Source: Vicugna vicugna (lineage: Eukaryota). From it: DNA of 64,000 nucleotides. The position numbers and the translations under genes are program-made. Each line of letters starts with the position of its first letter. The stretch's first letter is position 1. The stretch covers positions 1,400,616 through 1,464,615 of the forward strand of contig MU058584.1 of the NCBI GenBank assembly GCA_013265495.1. Reading direction: 5' to 3'. This document shows positions 1 to 12,221 of this stretch, one piece after another. The notes below the pieces were generated by a model. That model saw only the letters and a list, made by a program, of their open reading frames with translations, was not told where the DNA came from and searched no databases.

Positions 1-310
1 TATCTCATTATGATTTTGATTTGCATTTTCCTGATGGCTGACACTGAGCATTTTTATTTTTCCTTCTGTGTATCTTCTTTAAAGAAATATCTACTGAAAT
101 ATTTTGCTCACTTTTGAATTGTATTATTTGCCTTCTTATTATTGAGTTGTAAGAGTCCTTTACTCCTGTGTTCTAGGTAGAATCTCTTATCAGATATACT
201 ATTTGCAAAAAGTTTTTCTCATTCTTTTCCCTTGCTTGATAGTATTGCACAGAATTTTTAATTTTGATAAAGCCTTTTATATATATATAGCTTGTGCTTT
301 GGTGTCAAGA
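1..310 (-). mobile_element. Old L1 (L1M-type) fragment, antisense, truncated by window edge
   Basis: TATCTCATTATGATTTTGATTTGCATTTTCCTGATGGCT...GAGCATTTTT is the typical antisense L1 ORF2 3' region; T-rich composition. Confidence 0.75.
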
Positions 311-829
311 CCTTTATTTTTACATGGCTCTTTAAAGGAACTCCTAAGCTTCTGGATTCAAGCTGCAATAGGAGTATTGATGGACAATGGTATTGGAGGA
401 GATGGAATTAAAGATAGATAACAGTGACTTTAGAAAACCTAAATTTCTGCTTCAAGCATCCTCACAACCTACCAAAGTCTTGTGACCTATTGGTTAGGAA
501 AATATGTTGTAAAATGTTTGTTGTCTCACCTTTTCCAAGTCTGTGGGATTGTAAGGAATGCATAGGATATTATATTCAGCTCAAAAATATTATACAGTAT
601 GCTGCCACCAGGGGGTGGTAGCAGCAGCCTTGAACGAACAGGCTCATTGTTTGAACTTCAGGAAGCAGTTTATCTGACCTGGGTTTTCTGTTCTAAGAAC
701 AACTTTTCAGGGCTCCATTTTTTTGTTTGTTTGTTTGTTTTTTTGTTTTGTTCTTTAACAACACTTTTCTAATAAAACCAAACCCTGAATGTTAAGAGCA
801 TACATTTAAAAGATAATAAAGAGAAGGAA

Positions 830-1010
830 TAAACATTCACTAAGCACTTATTATATGGCTTTATATACACCTTTTTATTTAATCCTCATAATACTTTTTT
901 CAATATAGCTTCAGTGTCCTCAGTTGAAAGATGTTTAACTTCTTTGTTTAGGGTCACATAGCAGTGACATGCCACAGTTCAGGCTACCTGGTTGAAAGCT
1001 ACTACTATGA
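830..1010 (-). mobile_element. MIR SINE, degenerate
   Basis: AACATTCACTAAGCAC...TTTAATCCTCATAATA...GGGTCACATAGCAG resembles antisense MIR core. Confidence 0.55.
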
Positions 1011-1539
1011 CTATATTTTGTGGCTTCTTCTCAATAAATGTAAATTCATATTCAAGTAGCATTTCATAAGCATCCACTGTAATTGTCATACATGTGGGTA
1101 CAATTTGGACTTTTTTCCCCACTAATCTTATTTGTCATCTAACACTGCTTAAAATAAAGGTGGTCTTCCCTAGACTTGGTAAGGGTTCTTTTTTTCTCTC
1201 TCAGTCTCTCTCCACCTCACTTTCTCCTCCTTCCCCTTAAAAGCAAAACCTTTCATAGGCTGGTATTCGGCTTAGGGGTTTCAGCTCAGTACATTGTCTC
1301 AAAAAAAAAAAAAAAATCCTCCAGAAGTGAGTCTACAGCTTTTCGGTTGTTTGCAGATTTCCTGTTTCAGCCTCAGAAACACTCTTCTTGGCTTAGTGTC
1401 ATCGCCACTAATTGACAGCGACCTTGTCCATACAGATCCTCTGAGCTTCCTGAAGGCAGAAATCCTGTCTGCTCGTTCTCCGCTTGAGCGCCTCAAAATG
1501 CTTCTGATGCAGTAAGGGTACGCAAAATATTAGTGCGTG

Positions 1540-1860
1540 CTTTGACTGGGCATGCCTTTGGTACCGTCTGGCTTCCCCCTCCCCACTCTAGAGCCAGGTA
1601 ATGTATATCTGATCCCGACTGGGTCAGCCAGATCTTCCCTCCAGCGATTCTGAAACTTTGATGGAAATCATAGGGACGAGAAGCATGCTGGTTCTAATGG
1701 AAGCTCCCTAGAGAAGAAACCTTAACTCTTTGGGCTTATCCTAGATGCTAGGGTTCCTGGGGATTTTAATCTCTTCCTTCAGTTTACTGAACTACTTTAG
1801 TATTCTTACAATATAGCTCCTCCTTCGCTAGACTTACATGGGGTTAATTCAACCAAAACA
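1540..1860 (+). mobile_element. Possible ancient ERVL LTR (LTR33/LTR16-like) remnant
   Basis: 3' end CAGTTTACTGAACTACTTTAGTATTCTTACAATATAGCTCC...CAACCAAAACA resembles degenerate ERVL LTR tail. Confidence 0.35.
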
Positions 1861-3242
1861 TTTAAGCTATCATATTGAATAGACTTCTTCCCTCCCTCCC
1901 TTCCTTCCTTTTAATGAGGAGGCGTATGTTCTGCCCGCTCACAAGTATTTCCAGAGGGATTGCCATTCAGGGCTTTTTGGCTTTTATCTGCGTTGCTTCT
2001 CTGTATTGTGGCAATTACCATCAGGCTCCCAGATAACTGATCTCTGCAAGACGGATCTTCAAAACTGATTTTGAAAACAGTGAGCATGAATCCTAGGATA
2101 AGATTTGTTTCACCAACATTGTAACCAGGGTTCTGAACTTAAAGTTCCCTCAAGATTTGGAGAAGCAAAACCCTCATGTACCATACCTGCTTGATGAAGA
2201 GTTAGGAGAGCAGGGTTTTTTATGAAATACGATAAGGTGGAGGGGTAGAGTTGGAGGTGACTGAGTTCAAGGGCTGGTGTTTCTCCAGAGTCAGGGAAAA
2301 GGGGCCAGTGTGGCAACAGGGAAGCCTGTGCCTAGGTCATGTTCCTCATGTAATGCACGGAAAAATTGCCATGTGTGGAGAGACTTACATTTGCAAATGG
2401 CTTTCACATCTTGAGACAATATCTGTGCATACAGATATTTTAGTTGTTTTGCCTTTAAGTGAATCAGCAACTGATTATAGTTAATGGGCAATTAAAAACG
2501 AGTCATTTCCAACAAGCTGGCCATGGAGGGAAAAAAAAAAGACCTGGTGTACTTCCTTCTGATTTTATTATCATTCCTTTTCAATTTCTGAGCTTAAGTT
2601 GGTAGTAAGAATGACAGGAAAATCCAGGAGAATCTTTAAAGCTTTTGGAAGCCCGGAGCATTTGTGTGGGAGTTGGTGAGAACATGGGGCCAGGCGAAGC
2701 TAGCCCTGGGCTCTCTTCCACATACGTTTCAGAATTTGGATCTACGATTGTGAGAAGATTGCAGTTTGCCAACAAGAGCAGGCCTGCCTGCGGGTAGCCA
2801 GGAGCTTCAAATGGGAGGTGTGACACCAGAAATAATGCGACGGGAGAGACACCAGGGTCTGATTGGCCATTCTGTGCCCTGAGTCATTCCCAGAAGCTTT
2901 TAACCGCTTCCCCAAAGAGGTATAGTCTCTTGGGTTTCCCTAGGACAGCAAAAGCACACATAGAAAAGTTCAGATATCCAGACAGGCAACTGTTTGATGA
3001 TGTGAACTGAGGAGCTCCTGATAAGATACTGAAAATCTAACCCATCTCTGCCAGGGTTTTTTACCAGCCCCTAAGCATTCTCTCTGCCCTTGTTAGATGT
3101 GCCTCTACCAAGAGCGGGGAAGAATTATTCATAATTACCCATCAGCAGCTAACAGAAGCACCTCTTCCTGCTTCCTCTGGGCAGAATAAGTGACTCTTTC
3201 TGGTGTTCTCGTAGACCTTTTACACAACTTTGCTGTACTTCT

Positions 3243-3970
3243 ATGATAAATGCTGGAGAGGGTGTGGGGAAAGGGAACCCTCCTACACTGTTGGTGGAAA
3301 TGTAGTTTGGTGCAGTCACTATGGAAAACGATATGGAGATTCCTCAAAAAACTGAAAACAGGCTCACCCAATAATCCAGCAATCCCACTCCTGTGTATAT
3401 AGCTGGAGGAAACTCTAATTTGAAAAGACGCTTGCTTCCCAATGTTCATAGCAGCACTATTTACAGTAGCCAAGACATGGAAAGAATCTAAATGTCCATC
3501 AACAGATGACTGAATAGAGAAGCTGTGGTATATTTATACAATGGAATACTACTCAGCCATAAAAAAGAATGAAATAATGCCATTTGCGGCAACATGGATC
3601 ATCATTCAAAGTGAAATAAGCCAGAAAGAAAAATACCATATGATATCACCTATATGTGGAACCCCCACCCCAAAAAAAGACACAAATGAACTTATTTATG
3701 AAACAGAAACAGATTCACAGACATAGAAAAAAAACTTATGGTTACCAAGGGAGGGATAAATTGGGAGTTTGGGATTTGTAGATGCTAACTACTACATATA
3801 AAATAGATAAATAGTAAGACCCTACTGTATAGCACAGGGAACTATATTTAAAACCTTGTAATGGAGTATAATGAAAAAGATTATGAAAAGAAAAAAGTAT
3901 ATATATGAATCATTATGCTGTACACCAGAAATTAACACAGCATTGTAAATCAACTATACTTAAGTAAAAA
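3243..3970 (+). mobile_element. L1 3' end (5'-truncated; ORF2 C-terminus plus 3'UTR), cetartiodactyl-type
   Basis: GATAAATGCTGGAGAGGGTGTGG...GAACCCTCCTACACTGTTGGTGG; ORF 3541-3726 [19 protein letters not shown] is the L1 ORF2 C-terminal motif; ends ATTGTAAATCAACTATACTTAA + A run. Confidence 0.92.
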
Positions 3971-4650
3971 ATTCATTCATTCATCATATATGATTAGTGT
4001 TGCCAGGTGGTGAACCCTGCAGGCAGTGGATACGAAGCTCACTAGGAGTCATTCCTTGCTCCCCCCACCCCCTGCCCCCAGGCTCACAGCCTCAGGAAGC
4101 AAACACATGGGTAAGCAAAGGATTAGAACAAGGTGATCATTGTCCTTGGACAAGTGCTGGGAGCACAGAGGGGAGGAGGAAGCTTTCTGAGAAGATTGGT
4201 GAAGGCTCCGGAAAAGGCAAATTGTGAAGGGAGGGAAGAACGTTGTAAGTGAGCAGCGGCCATGGAATGAGTGAGTAAAACAAGTGCAAAGGTTCCCAGG
4301 TGAGTGTTCCCCCAATGTATTGGGGAGGTGAGTGCACACGTTGTATTGGGGAGGTGAGTGTGCACACGTTGTGTTGGGGGAACGGCCACAGGCTCATCAA
4401 GGCTGGGGTGAAGTGTGGTAAGGGGAGGCAGGAGCGCTCTGGAAGCAGACAGGGCCAGATCACATGCTTCTAACGCACTTTATAAAAAGAAGTGGACCTT
4501 GTTCTGAAGATGGGACAGTTAGCCAAAGGCAGATCAGGAAGGATGGTCCTGCCGGGTTGCAGGGGAGAGACGAGGAGGGCAACAGGGAAATGGTAGCGAG
4601 GAGGGAGAGGTGGGATCCACTGAAGAGGGACGGAATTTCAAGGATTTGCC
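3971..4650 (-). mobile_element. L2 LINE fragment(s), antisense, degenerate
   Basis: Begins ATTCATTCATTCA (L2 tail); purine-rich segment with GGGCCAGATCACA typical of antisense L2. Confidence 0.5.
4298..4380 (+). repeat. Short minisatellite, 3 copies of a 26-29 bp unit AGGTGAGTG...TGTATTGGGG
   Basis: Units at 4298-4325, 4326-4351, 4352-4380 read directly. Confidence 0.85.
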
Positions 4651-5914
4651 GCAGCAGGTTTCTTGGAAGGTCTCTCCCAGCGTCCTGAGAACCTGAGAGC
4701 AGAGTCGGGTTTATCTGGACCCTCTGTCCCCAGGGCCCTCCTCTGTGCGTGGCGGGGAGCTGTCATTGCAGTCTGCACTTACCCAGCAAATGCGTGAACT
4801 GGGACTCCTGACCTCGTGGGAAAGAGCTTATTCAGTTGGTTGCTCTTTGGGGATAGGTTTTGATGGAAAGGAGAGGAAGAGGAAGAGAGTGAGGTGAATA
4901 CACACATATTAATTTATAGTGAGTGGTAGGAATGATCCTTGAATGGCTCTCTACTGTCTCTGCTGACAGCAGCTTCTCCTTACCTGTAAAGGCCACAGAA
5001 CCGCCCAGTGTGAGCTCGGCTTCAGATATTTGATCCACGGTCTGCACCCCTCTTCCTTTGAACGGCCCTCCCACCTCAGTTGCTCCTCACCTCCTGTCAG
5101 TGCAGGGCGGCCAATCAGGGCCGACCATCCGGCCCCACCTTTCTAGTATAGCACTTGACGAGTTAAATGCTTAAAAAGACATTTTCCGTGAAGCCCAATA
5201 GCACAGAGAAAGGGCTCAATAAACGGCAGCTCTTATTTCTTTATTTTTTCCCGCAACTTGAACCAGCTCATGACATAAGGCTTTCTAAGAACAAATCCTT
5301 CCTTGTGTGTAAATGAGATTAGGCTTCTTGAGTACATCTTTGGATTTTGAAAGGGGTCTTTCTGGAAATACAGTGACCTAAACTGAGGAATGGTTCTGAT
5401 GGTGGGGTTTACGGCCACTGGGGAAGGTGTCCTGGAGCTGAGTGCATTTCAGCGCTGTCCGCCTTGTACCCACAGGGATGGCTCCCCACCCCGTTTAGGA
5501 GGCCAGGCCCCAGGAAAGATCACATCGCTTTGGTTTCTGTCTCTTTGTAATGACCATCCAGAATGGCTTCAACGTGTTTTCCATGTGTGGAAGTGGTTGT
5601 AACTTTCTAAAGATGTCTCGGTGGGGGATGGGTTTGGAGAGGAGGGAGGGGTCTGGGCGGACGAGGCAAAACCATAGACGAACTTTGTACACAGAACGAC
5701 GAAGCCCAGGGAGGAGGAAGCAGAAGCCACAGTGAAACACCTGTCTCTGCTCCAGCTTTGCCCCGCTTCTTGTTCAGCCCGAGACAGCCTGGCTCTGTTT
5801 GTGGGACGCCGTAACCACAGCCTGAAGGCCAAGAACGTTTCTGTCTGTCTTGCTCCTTAAGGAGCTCGTTGACTCCTGGGAAGAGAGAGGAGGAAATAGA
5901 CAATCATAGTGAGA

Positions 5915-6125
5915 ATCACTGCAAACACTTGAATTCCCTTTATTATGGCACCGTTTGAAGTAGTTTGTATTTTTTCACCCATTCCATTCTCACGTCTCTA
6001 AGATACTGGTTTTGTTATCCTGTTTTGAAAATGGAGGGACTGAGGAAGAGAGCAATTAAGTGACTTGCCGAAGGTCACATACCTAGTGACTGGCCGGGCT
6101 GGGATGTGATCCCAGGCCACTCAGC
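5915..6125 (-). mobile_element. MIR SINE
   Basis: GAGGGACTGAGGAAGAGAGCAATTAAGTGACTTGCCGAAGGTCACATACCTAGT = antisense MIR core. Confidence 0.8.
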
Positions 6126-6184
6126 TGGACCCCACCAGCACTTCCCCCATCTGTGACACTATTTCACGGGAGAGGGTCTCAGCC

Positions 6185-6500
6185 CTGACTGGAACCTCTG
6201 GGAAAGCTTCCTGGAGGAGATGATACCTTAATCTCGAAAAATGAATACAGCGGTGAAGGGGTCTTCCAGGCAGACGCACGTCAAAGCCTGGAGATAAGAA
6301 GAGGGCAGGCTGGTTTCGAGGATCACCAGTCACTTGAGCTCCCTGGAGCCAGGGGTGCGAGCTGTTGTTGCTCCTGCAGAAGCTGGAGAGGTAGGTAGGT
6401 GCCAGGTCATGGAGGGTCTTCTAGTCCCAGCTGAGAAACGTGGACTGAATTCTGAAAGCTGTGAGCAACCTCGGACGATCTCTAGGTTTACGCAGCTTGA
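6185..6500 (-). mobile_element. L2 fragment
   Basis: GGGAAAGCTTCCTGGAGGAGATGATAC...GCCAGGTCATGGAGGGTCTT typical antisense L2. Confidence 0.6.
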
Positions 6501-6639
6501 ATGATAGACCTTGCCATCCTCATTTATGTGCATTTCTGCAAGCCCCGTTGTAAAGACTGCAAAGAGAGGAGCCGTTCCTTCCTTACCAGCTCCCCTCCCC
6601 TCCCTGCGTCCGCCCCCTGCAGATGCTAAGATGGGTTTT

Positions 6640-6745
6640 TGCTCATTCGTTCATGTGGGCAACGTTTATTCAACAGGTCTTCATTCAGCACCTACTATGT
6701 GTCAGGGATGGTGCTAGGTACCGACATTACAAATATGAATGAGGC
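6640..6745 (-). mobile_element. L2 3' tail
   Basis: TTCATTCAGCACCTACTATGTGTCAGG...GGTGCTAGGT. Confidence 0.6.
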
Positions 6746-6854
6746 AAAGGAAAGGACAGAGTTTACAGACATATCAATGCATAGTTTTAAAGCACTAGGC
6801 AAAATGCAACATAATGGAGATATTCAAGGGGTCCCAGTGCCTAGTAGGTCTTCA

Positions 6855-7060
6855 TGGCTAAGAACCCAGAGCCCGGAGCTGCACTCCTCTCGGTTCAGAC
6901 CCCAGCTCCGCCACCTATTAGCTCTGGGACTTGAGGTCACTCGCTTCACTTCCCAGAGTCTCAGTTTCCTGATGTCAGAAATGCAGATCATAATATTAAC
7001 AGCCTCACAGAGTAGTTATAAAGATTAAGTGGGTTAACATTTTGAAGTCATTTGGTTCAG
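6855..7060 (+). mobile_element. MIR SINE
   Basis: GGTTCAGACCCCAGCTCCGCCACCTATTAGCT...TCTCAGTTTCCTGATGTCAGAAATG. Confidence 0.75.
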
Positions 7061-7289
7061 CACAGAAGCAGGAGCCCTGAAGTGACGTCGTTCCCCAGTA
7101 GGTGTCACTGCTACATAGCGAGTTAGGTGAGATGCTATCTGAGTTCAAGTCTCCCACTCAACAGGCCCTTCAGAAAAGTGCTACATAGGTGGCTTTCGTC
7201 TCAAAATGCAAAATTCGGCAGAGGGTTAGGAGGTTATGACGTGTGCAGGGGTGAGGCGTGACAGGCACCTCTTATAAAAACGTTCCTCT

Positions 7290-7445
7290 GGGGGAGGGCA
7301 CAGCTCAGTGGTAAAGCGCATGCTTAGGATGCACGAGGTCCTCGGTTCAATCCCCAGCACCGCCATTAAAATAAACAAGTAAATAAAAATAAGTCGTATT
7401 ACCTTCGCCCAAAACAAAACCCCAAAATAAACAAACGCAAAAGCA
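7290..7445 (+). mobile_element. tRNA-derived SINE (camelid Vic-1-like) with A-rich tail
   Basis: Pol III A-box CAGCTCAGTGG and B-box GGTTCAATCCC; A-rich tail; imperfect TSD TAAAAACGTTCCTCT (7275-7289) / AAAAAAAGTTCTTCT (7446-7460). Confidence 0.88.
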
Positions 7446-8574
7446 AAAAAAAGTTCTTCTAAATCTTGAGTCTGACTTGACAGTTGTAAACTTTCCCCGT
7501 AGCAGCCGTCTGCTGGAAGCAGTTATCCCCCTGCTTCCTAGGAATCAGGTATTTGATTCTTGTAGCTTAAGCTTTGTCAGGAAGCATCTATTCCTTTCCA
7601 AGTTTTTCAAACCATTTCTCAGGAGGCGTGGCATAGTGACTGACAAAGCCACCAAGCCTAACTTTAAAAGGGACTCACGATGGGGAATTGGGATTTGGTG
7701 ACGCAGGGGGAACAGCTGTGAGGTAGCAAGAGGCAACTTTGCTGGGGCTGGCTTAATGGCAACTGGGTTTGAACCTCTAGCTTTATTTTCCATAGGCCGG
7801 GGGCCAGGTCACAGTTCAGAGATTCCGGCGCTGCCCTGTGACCTGTGTAGATCTCAGCCGAGGCATAGCATTGGGTGAACGAGTCTGGGTCTTGATTCTG
7901 ACATGCCCAGCCCTTGAGATCAAATGGGCAGGCGGAGACAACGGGGGTCATCGTCTGCTCATCTGCTAATCAGAGTTTTACAGAAAATCCCCTTTGGGCC
8001 AGAGATAAGTAAGGCCTGGCCCCTTTCCTTTCCTCAATGATTTCACAGTCTAGACGTGAGTGGGAGAGACAGACATGCAAGCATTTAGCTCTAACACAGC
8101 ATTTTAAATATGATTTGAGAACTGGCAACAAAGTTTGTAAAATAAGGGAAAACTGGACATTTTCTGAAGAAGTGAGAGAAGACCATGCCAGAGAGAAGAA
8201 ACAATGCGTACACAAGTATACAAACTTAAGGGCAGAATTAATAGCAATTGCTCTGAATTGAGGGTGTGGGTCTTTGAGCAGACAGGTGAGGTGCCACCCT
8301 TAATTCTAGGAGACTGTACCATCGGGTGAAAAAGGCCCCAAATCTTTATAAATGGAGTCTTAAAATACTGCAGAATTGGAGCCTCCCTTCTTTCTTATCC
8401 GGTTGATTCTGTAACTTCCGTTTACTTGCTAGGTATTCAGCGCTGACTTCATTTCCCGGGGGCCTGGGCTGGGAAGGTAATTCTGGGCTCACCGCACAGT
8501 GCGCATCAGCCCTTGTGAAGGGCATCCCTGGTCAAAACCATTAGCCTTAACGTGCACCAGCGAATAATAATCAT

Positions 8575-8860
8575 GATGTTAACAGTTTCTAATCTTGTTG
8601 AGTGCTCTCTGTCCAGCACTGTACCAAATGCTTTATGTGCATTATCTCACCTAATCTTTATAATAATCCTATTAAGAAGGCAGGATAGTGTCAGGGTATA
8701 CAGGAGAGCCTGGGCTTTGGCCGTCTGGAGCCCGACTGCCTGGGTTCACGGGCTGATTCGATTTCTTATTAACTATGTGACCTTGGAAAGCAGCTCAAAC
8801 CCTCCGTGGGCCTCAGTTTCTCCATCTCTAAAATGGGAATAATAACAATACCTACCTTTA
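8575..8860. mobile_element. Two adjacent MIR fragments in opposite orientations
   Basis: 8575-8680 antisense (TGCTTTATGTGCATTATCTCACCTAATC); 8690-8860 sense (GTGACCTTGG...CCTCAGTTTCTCCATCTCTAAAATGGG). Confidence 0.7.
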
Positions 8861-9714
8861 GTGTGCGACTTTGTTTTAGGAGAGGACACCTCAAGAGCTA
8901 AGCTGGGAGGCAGGTCGCCCTGGGTCTGCAGCACTGAGAACGATTTAAAAACCCTGCTTTGTATCCAGCTGGCGTCCCCCGTTCTTCACTCTCCGTGAAT
9001 GAATCCAAGAAATTCAACAGGTACAAGCAATCACCGGAAAGCTATCTGTTGTGATTGGAAAACACTCAAAGAAATGGAGTGCTTCGCAGATGATTTAATA
9101 TTTTAGAGGTAGCACATGAGAATGAGCAAGCTCAGGGTATATGAGTGAGTTTACATTCCACATCAAGGTTTTACTTAAAGTTTACATTTTGTTTAAATGA
9201 GAGGTAAGATCAATGTAATATGGCTTAAACCTTTCTCAGAAATTTATGGCTTCTTTTAATAAACCTCATAAAAACACTTTTAAACATATGCAACGTCCTT
9301 AATGTAATGGTTTCATTCTTGAAATATATAGTATTTAGGCTGTATCTAAAATGCTCTAAAAGTATCACAAATGCTGTAAAAATATTGTTAACGGGAAGAA
9401 ATCTTTTAGAAGGATAAATATTTTCTTGGAAAAGGAAAAAGCTGTGAACCTTTTAGACAGGGGAATGGCTTGGTTTTGAAAAATAACAATTTGCCCCCTT
9501 TTTTTTTTTAATATCCTTTCTGTGGCTCTACTTCAGCCAATTATTAGATTAAAGCAAGCTGTTGCTACATGCCCCAGAAACTCAGATGGATTTGATGTTG
9601 CACCCTAAGTTTGCGAGGACAAGTTCCACTTAAAGCTTTAATGAGGTCAAGGGAACAAAGAAGGAGGCTGGCTGAGTCTTTTGTGTTATTTTCGGACTGT
9701 ATCTTGGAATTACG

Positions 9715-10140
9715 AGGCTTGCATAATGCCATGGAAAGAACGCAGGATTTAGAGCTAAAAGCCCTCAGTTTGAGACCTGGCTCTGCCGTTGGCTAGCTTT
9801 GTGACCTTGGCGTAATCACCTGGATGCTCTGATGCTCACTTTTTTTTGGGGGGGGAGGGTCTAGAAAACAGGGTCAAGAATACTTGCTCTAGAAAAGAGA
9901 GAAAATAGCTCAGTGGTAGAGCACGTGCTTAGTGTGCATGAGGTCCTGGGTTCAATCCCCAGTACCTCCATTTAAAAAATAAAATTAAAAATAAAATTAA
10001 ATTAAAAAATGAAAATAAAAGATATACCTAACACTAAAAAAGAAAGAAAAAAGAATGCTTGCTCTAGCCACTTTGCAAGGGTAGCATGGGGTCAAATGAG
10101 ATAATGCAAGAAAAAGGGCTTTGTGAGCCAGAAAGGCATA
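9715..10140 (+). mobile_element. MIR SINE interrupted by a younger SINE
   Basis: CCTGGCTCTGCCGTTGGCTAGCTTTGTGACCTTGG before the insertion and TCAAATGAGATAATGCAAG after it. Confidence 0.65.
9893..10050 (+). mobile_element. tRNA-derived SINE (camelid Vic-1-like)
   Basis: TAGCTCAGTGGTAGAGC...GGTTCAATCCCCAGTACCTCC plus A-rich tail; 17-bp TSD AAGAATACTTGCTCTAG (9876-9892) / AAGAATGCTTGCTCTAG (10051-10067), 1 mismatch. Confidence 0.92.
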
Positions 10141-10569
10141 AAGTGCATGCAGAATTTATTTGCTTGTCAAACATTTGTTGAACACTTACTACGTGCAGAC
10201 ACAGAGCAGAGCCACCTCTAAACCACTCTGCACAGATGAGGCTATTCTATTATTGAAGAGAAGTAGTTACATCCTTCTTTGGTGACCAGTTTCCCTCTCT
10301 AGAGAGTGCCGCCTTCAGAAAAATTTCCAGTAAGTATAACTTAGGACACACGTAGCTGTGAGTAATGGGGAAGCATGCCACGCTGCAGCTGGAAAGAACA
10401 TGGAGTCCAACTTCTTTACAGCACAGATGAGGAAGCAAAGATGCAGAAGGGGAGACGGTGTGCCCTGTGCAATTCAGTTTTCACCTGCTGCAAGCCGCAA
10501 TTCTACATACAGACATAGTGAAATAAGAAAAACAACTTCTCCTGCCAACTGCGCAGACTTATGCTGAGT

Positions 10570-11010
10570 GAAGAGGGGGCTTGTGGAGAATGAAGCTAGA
10601 AAGGTCAGCCAAGGTCAGTCCAAGAGGGATCTTGTATATAGAGAATTTAGATTATTGTGAAAATGTGGGGCTCCAGTAAAATATTTTCAGTAAGAGATTC
10701 ATAGAATTAGTTGCATGTTTTAGAAAGAAGACCTCGGGGCAGTGTAGAAAAATAAATTGGTTTAAGTCATGACAGGCAGCGAGGAATCGGGTTGAAGGCA
10801 GGTATAGAACCCGGAAGAGAAATAATGGTTTGAAGGGAGGAATGTTAGTGGGCGGGAGATGGGAAGAAGTGAGCCTATTGGACACGGTGGCTGGAAGAGG
10901 GCTTCTGGGTCTATGGCTTGGAAACCAGGGTGAGTGATGGTTTTCACTGAGAAGAAAGATGAGGAGTTTATTTGGGGGAAGATTGAGTTTAGGCTGACGT
11001 TTTGGGGCAA
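10570..11010 (-). mobile_element. L2 fragment
   Basis: TTTTAGAAAGAAGACCTCGGGGCAGTGTAG...GATGGTTTTCACTGAGAAG...GAGTTTAGG antisense L2 body. Confidence 0.7.
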
Positions 11011-11039
11011 GCGTAAAAATATATAGTTGAATATGATCC

Positions 11040-11650
11040 TATGATCAGGTATTAGATCTTTAAATGTACTTTTTCATCCTTCCTTCTCTGTTCTTCTTCT
11101 GCGGTCTGTGTTGGAGCCTGTTTATCCTCCACATCTTTTGACTTCTCTTTCACTTTAAAAAAATGCAACCTCTGTTTTAATAGGACTTGACAGCCAAGTT
11201 AAATAAGGTTAAAAGTGGGATAACCAGTCCAAGTACTAATAAAAGATTAGTATTTTTTTAGGTACAGTAATGCTGCCTTTTAAAATGACACTTTTCTTTA
11301 AAATATTTCTTTATCTGTGCTATGTTTTTGGACAAATTCTTCAGTATTAATTTGTATTTCACTACTGTGCTTTGTGTCAAATCCAAGAGTTAGCTGTATA
11401 TTTTTCATTTCCAGGATTTTTTTTTTTTGTATTGCTTTTCTTTAGAAAAGACCTCTCTCTCTTGTTGTTTCATAATGTTCTACTTTTTGTGAGTAATAGT
11501 ATTTCTTCCTATATGTGGGGATATTAAATGTTATTTTTAAAGTCACTTGAATCGGCTCTATAGCTTTTATTTAATTTCTTATGAATTAATTCCCATACTA
11601 TTGATTTTGGTGACTTTCTCAACATTCTTTCTTCTTACACTTTTTAGCTT
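11040..11650 (-). mobile_element. Very old L1 (L1ME/HAL1-like) remnant
   Basis: Strong T/C bias and degenerate antisense L1-like composition. Confidence 0.35.
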
Positions 11651-12221
11651 TTTTTTTTTTCCATACTCATCTTCTGTGGACACCATGCTTTGTACCCTTT
11701 TTATCTTACTTCTCCCTCCATAGTGCTTTTAAGTGTGACCTCAAGCATCCTTATCAAGAATCCAGTTTTATATTCGTGTTGAAGGCTCCTATTCCATTTT
11801 TATTTTCTAGATACTGCAGATCTGGTCACCGATCTGGGTGGCTTGACCCAGGTCCGGCTCAGAAGCTACTTCCTCCTTCCTCTCCAAGGAAGCAGCTTTA
11901 TATAATTCATAATGGAGACAGTGTTTGACTTTCTTTACAAGTGGGAGGAGCTCACTTCATATTTGATTTTTAATTGTTAGGTGGGTTCTGGTTTCATTCT
12001 TCACAGGGGGCACATTTTACTCCCCATTACTCAACAAGGTGTTAGCTTTTCATTGCTTTTGCCTATTTTGGGCACTGAATTTAGAAGATCTGTGGATTTA
12101 GCCCAATTTCCTATCTCAGTTTCTCTTTCAGTTCTGTTCCATGGAGATGTTTATTTTATTTCAGAGCATTGAAACATATATGGAGATTGAGTTTGCCCTG
12201 CAAACATGAGTTCCCCATGCT

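Noticed and set aside
4298..4380. CRISPR-like repeat array
   Set aside because: Mammalian DNA; units are contiguous with no unique spacers and there are no cas genes
7291..7372. Apparent tRNA gene (also 9905-9970)
   Set aside because: A-rich tail and TSDs show these are tRNA-derived SINEs, not tRNA genes
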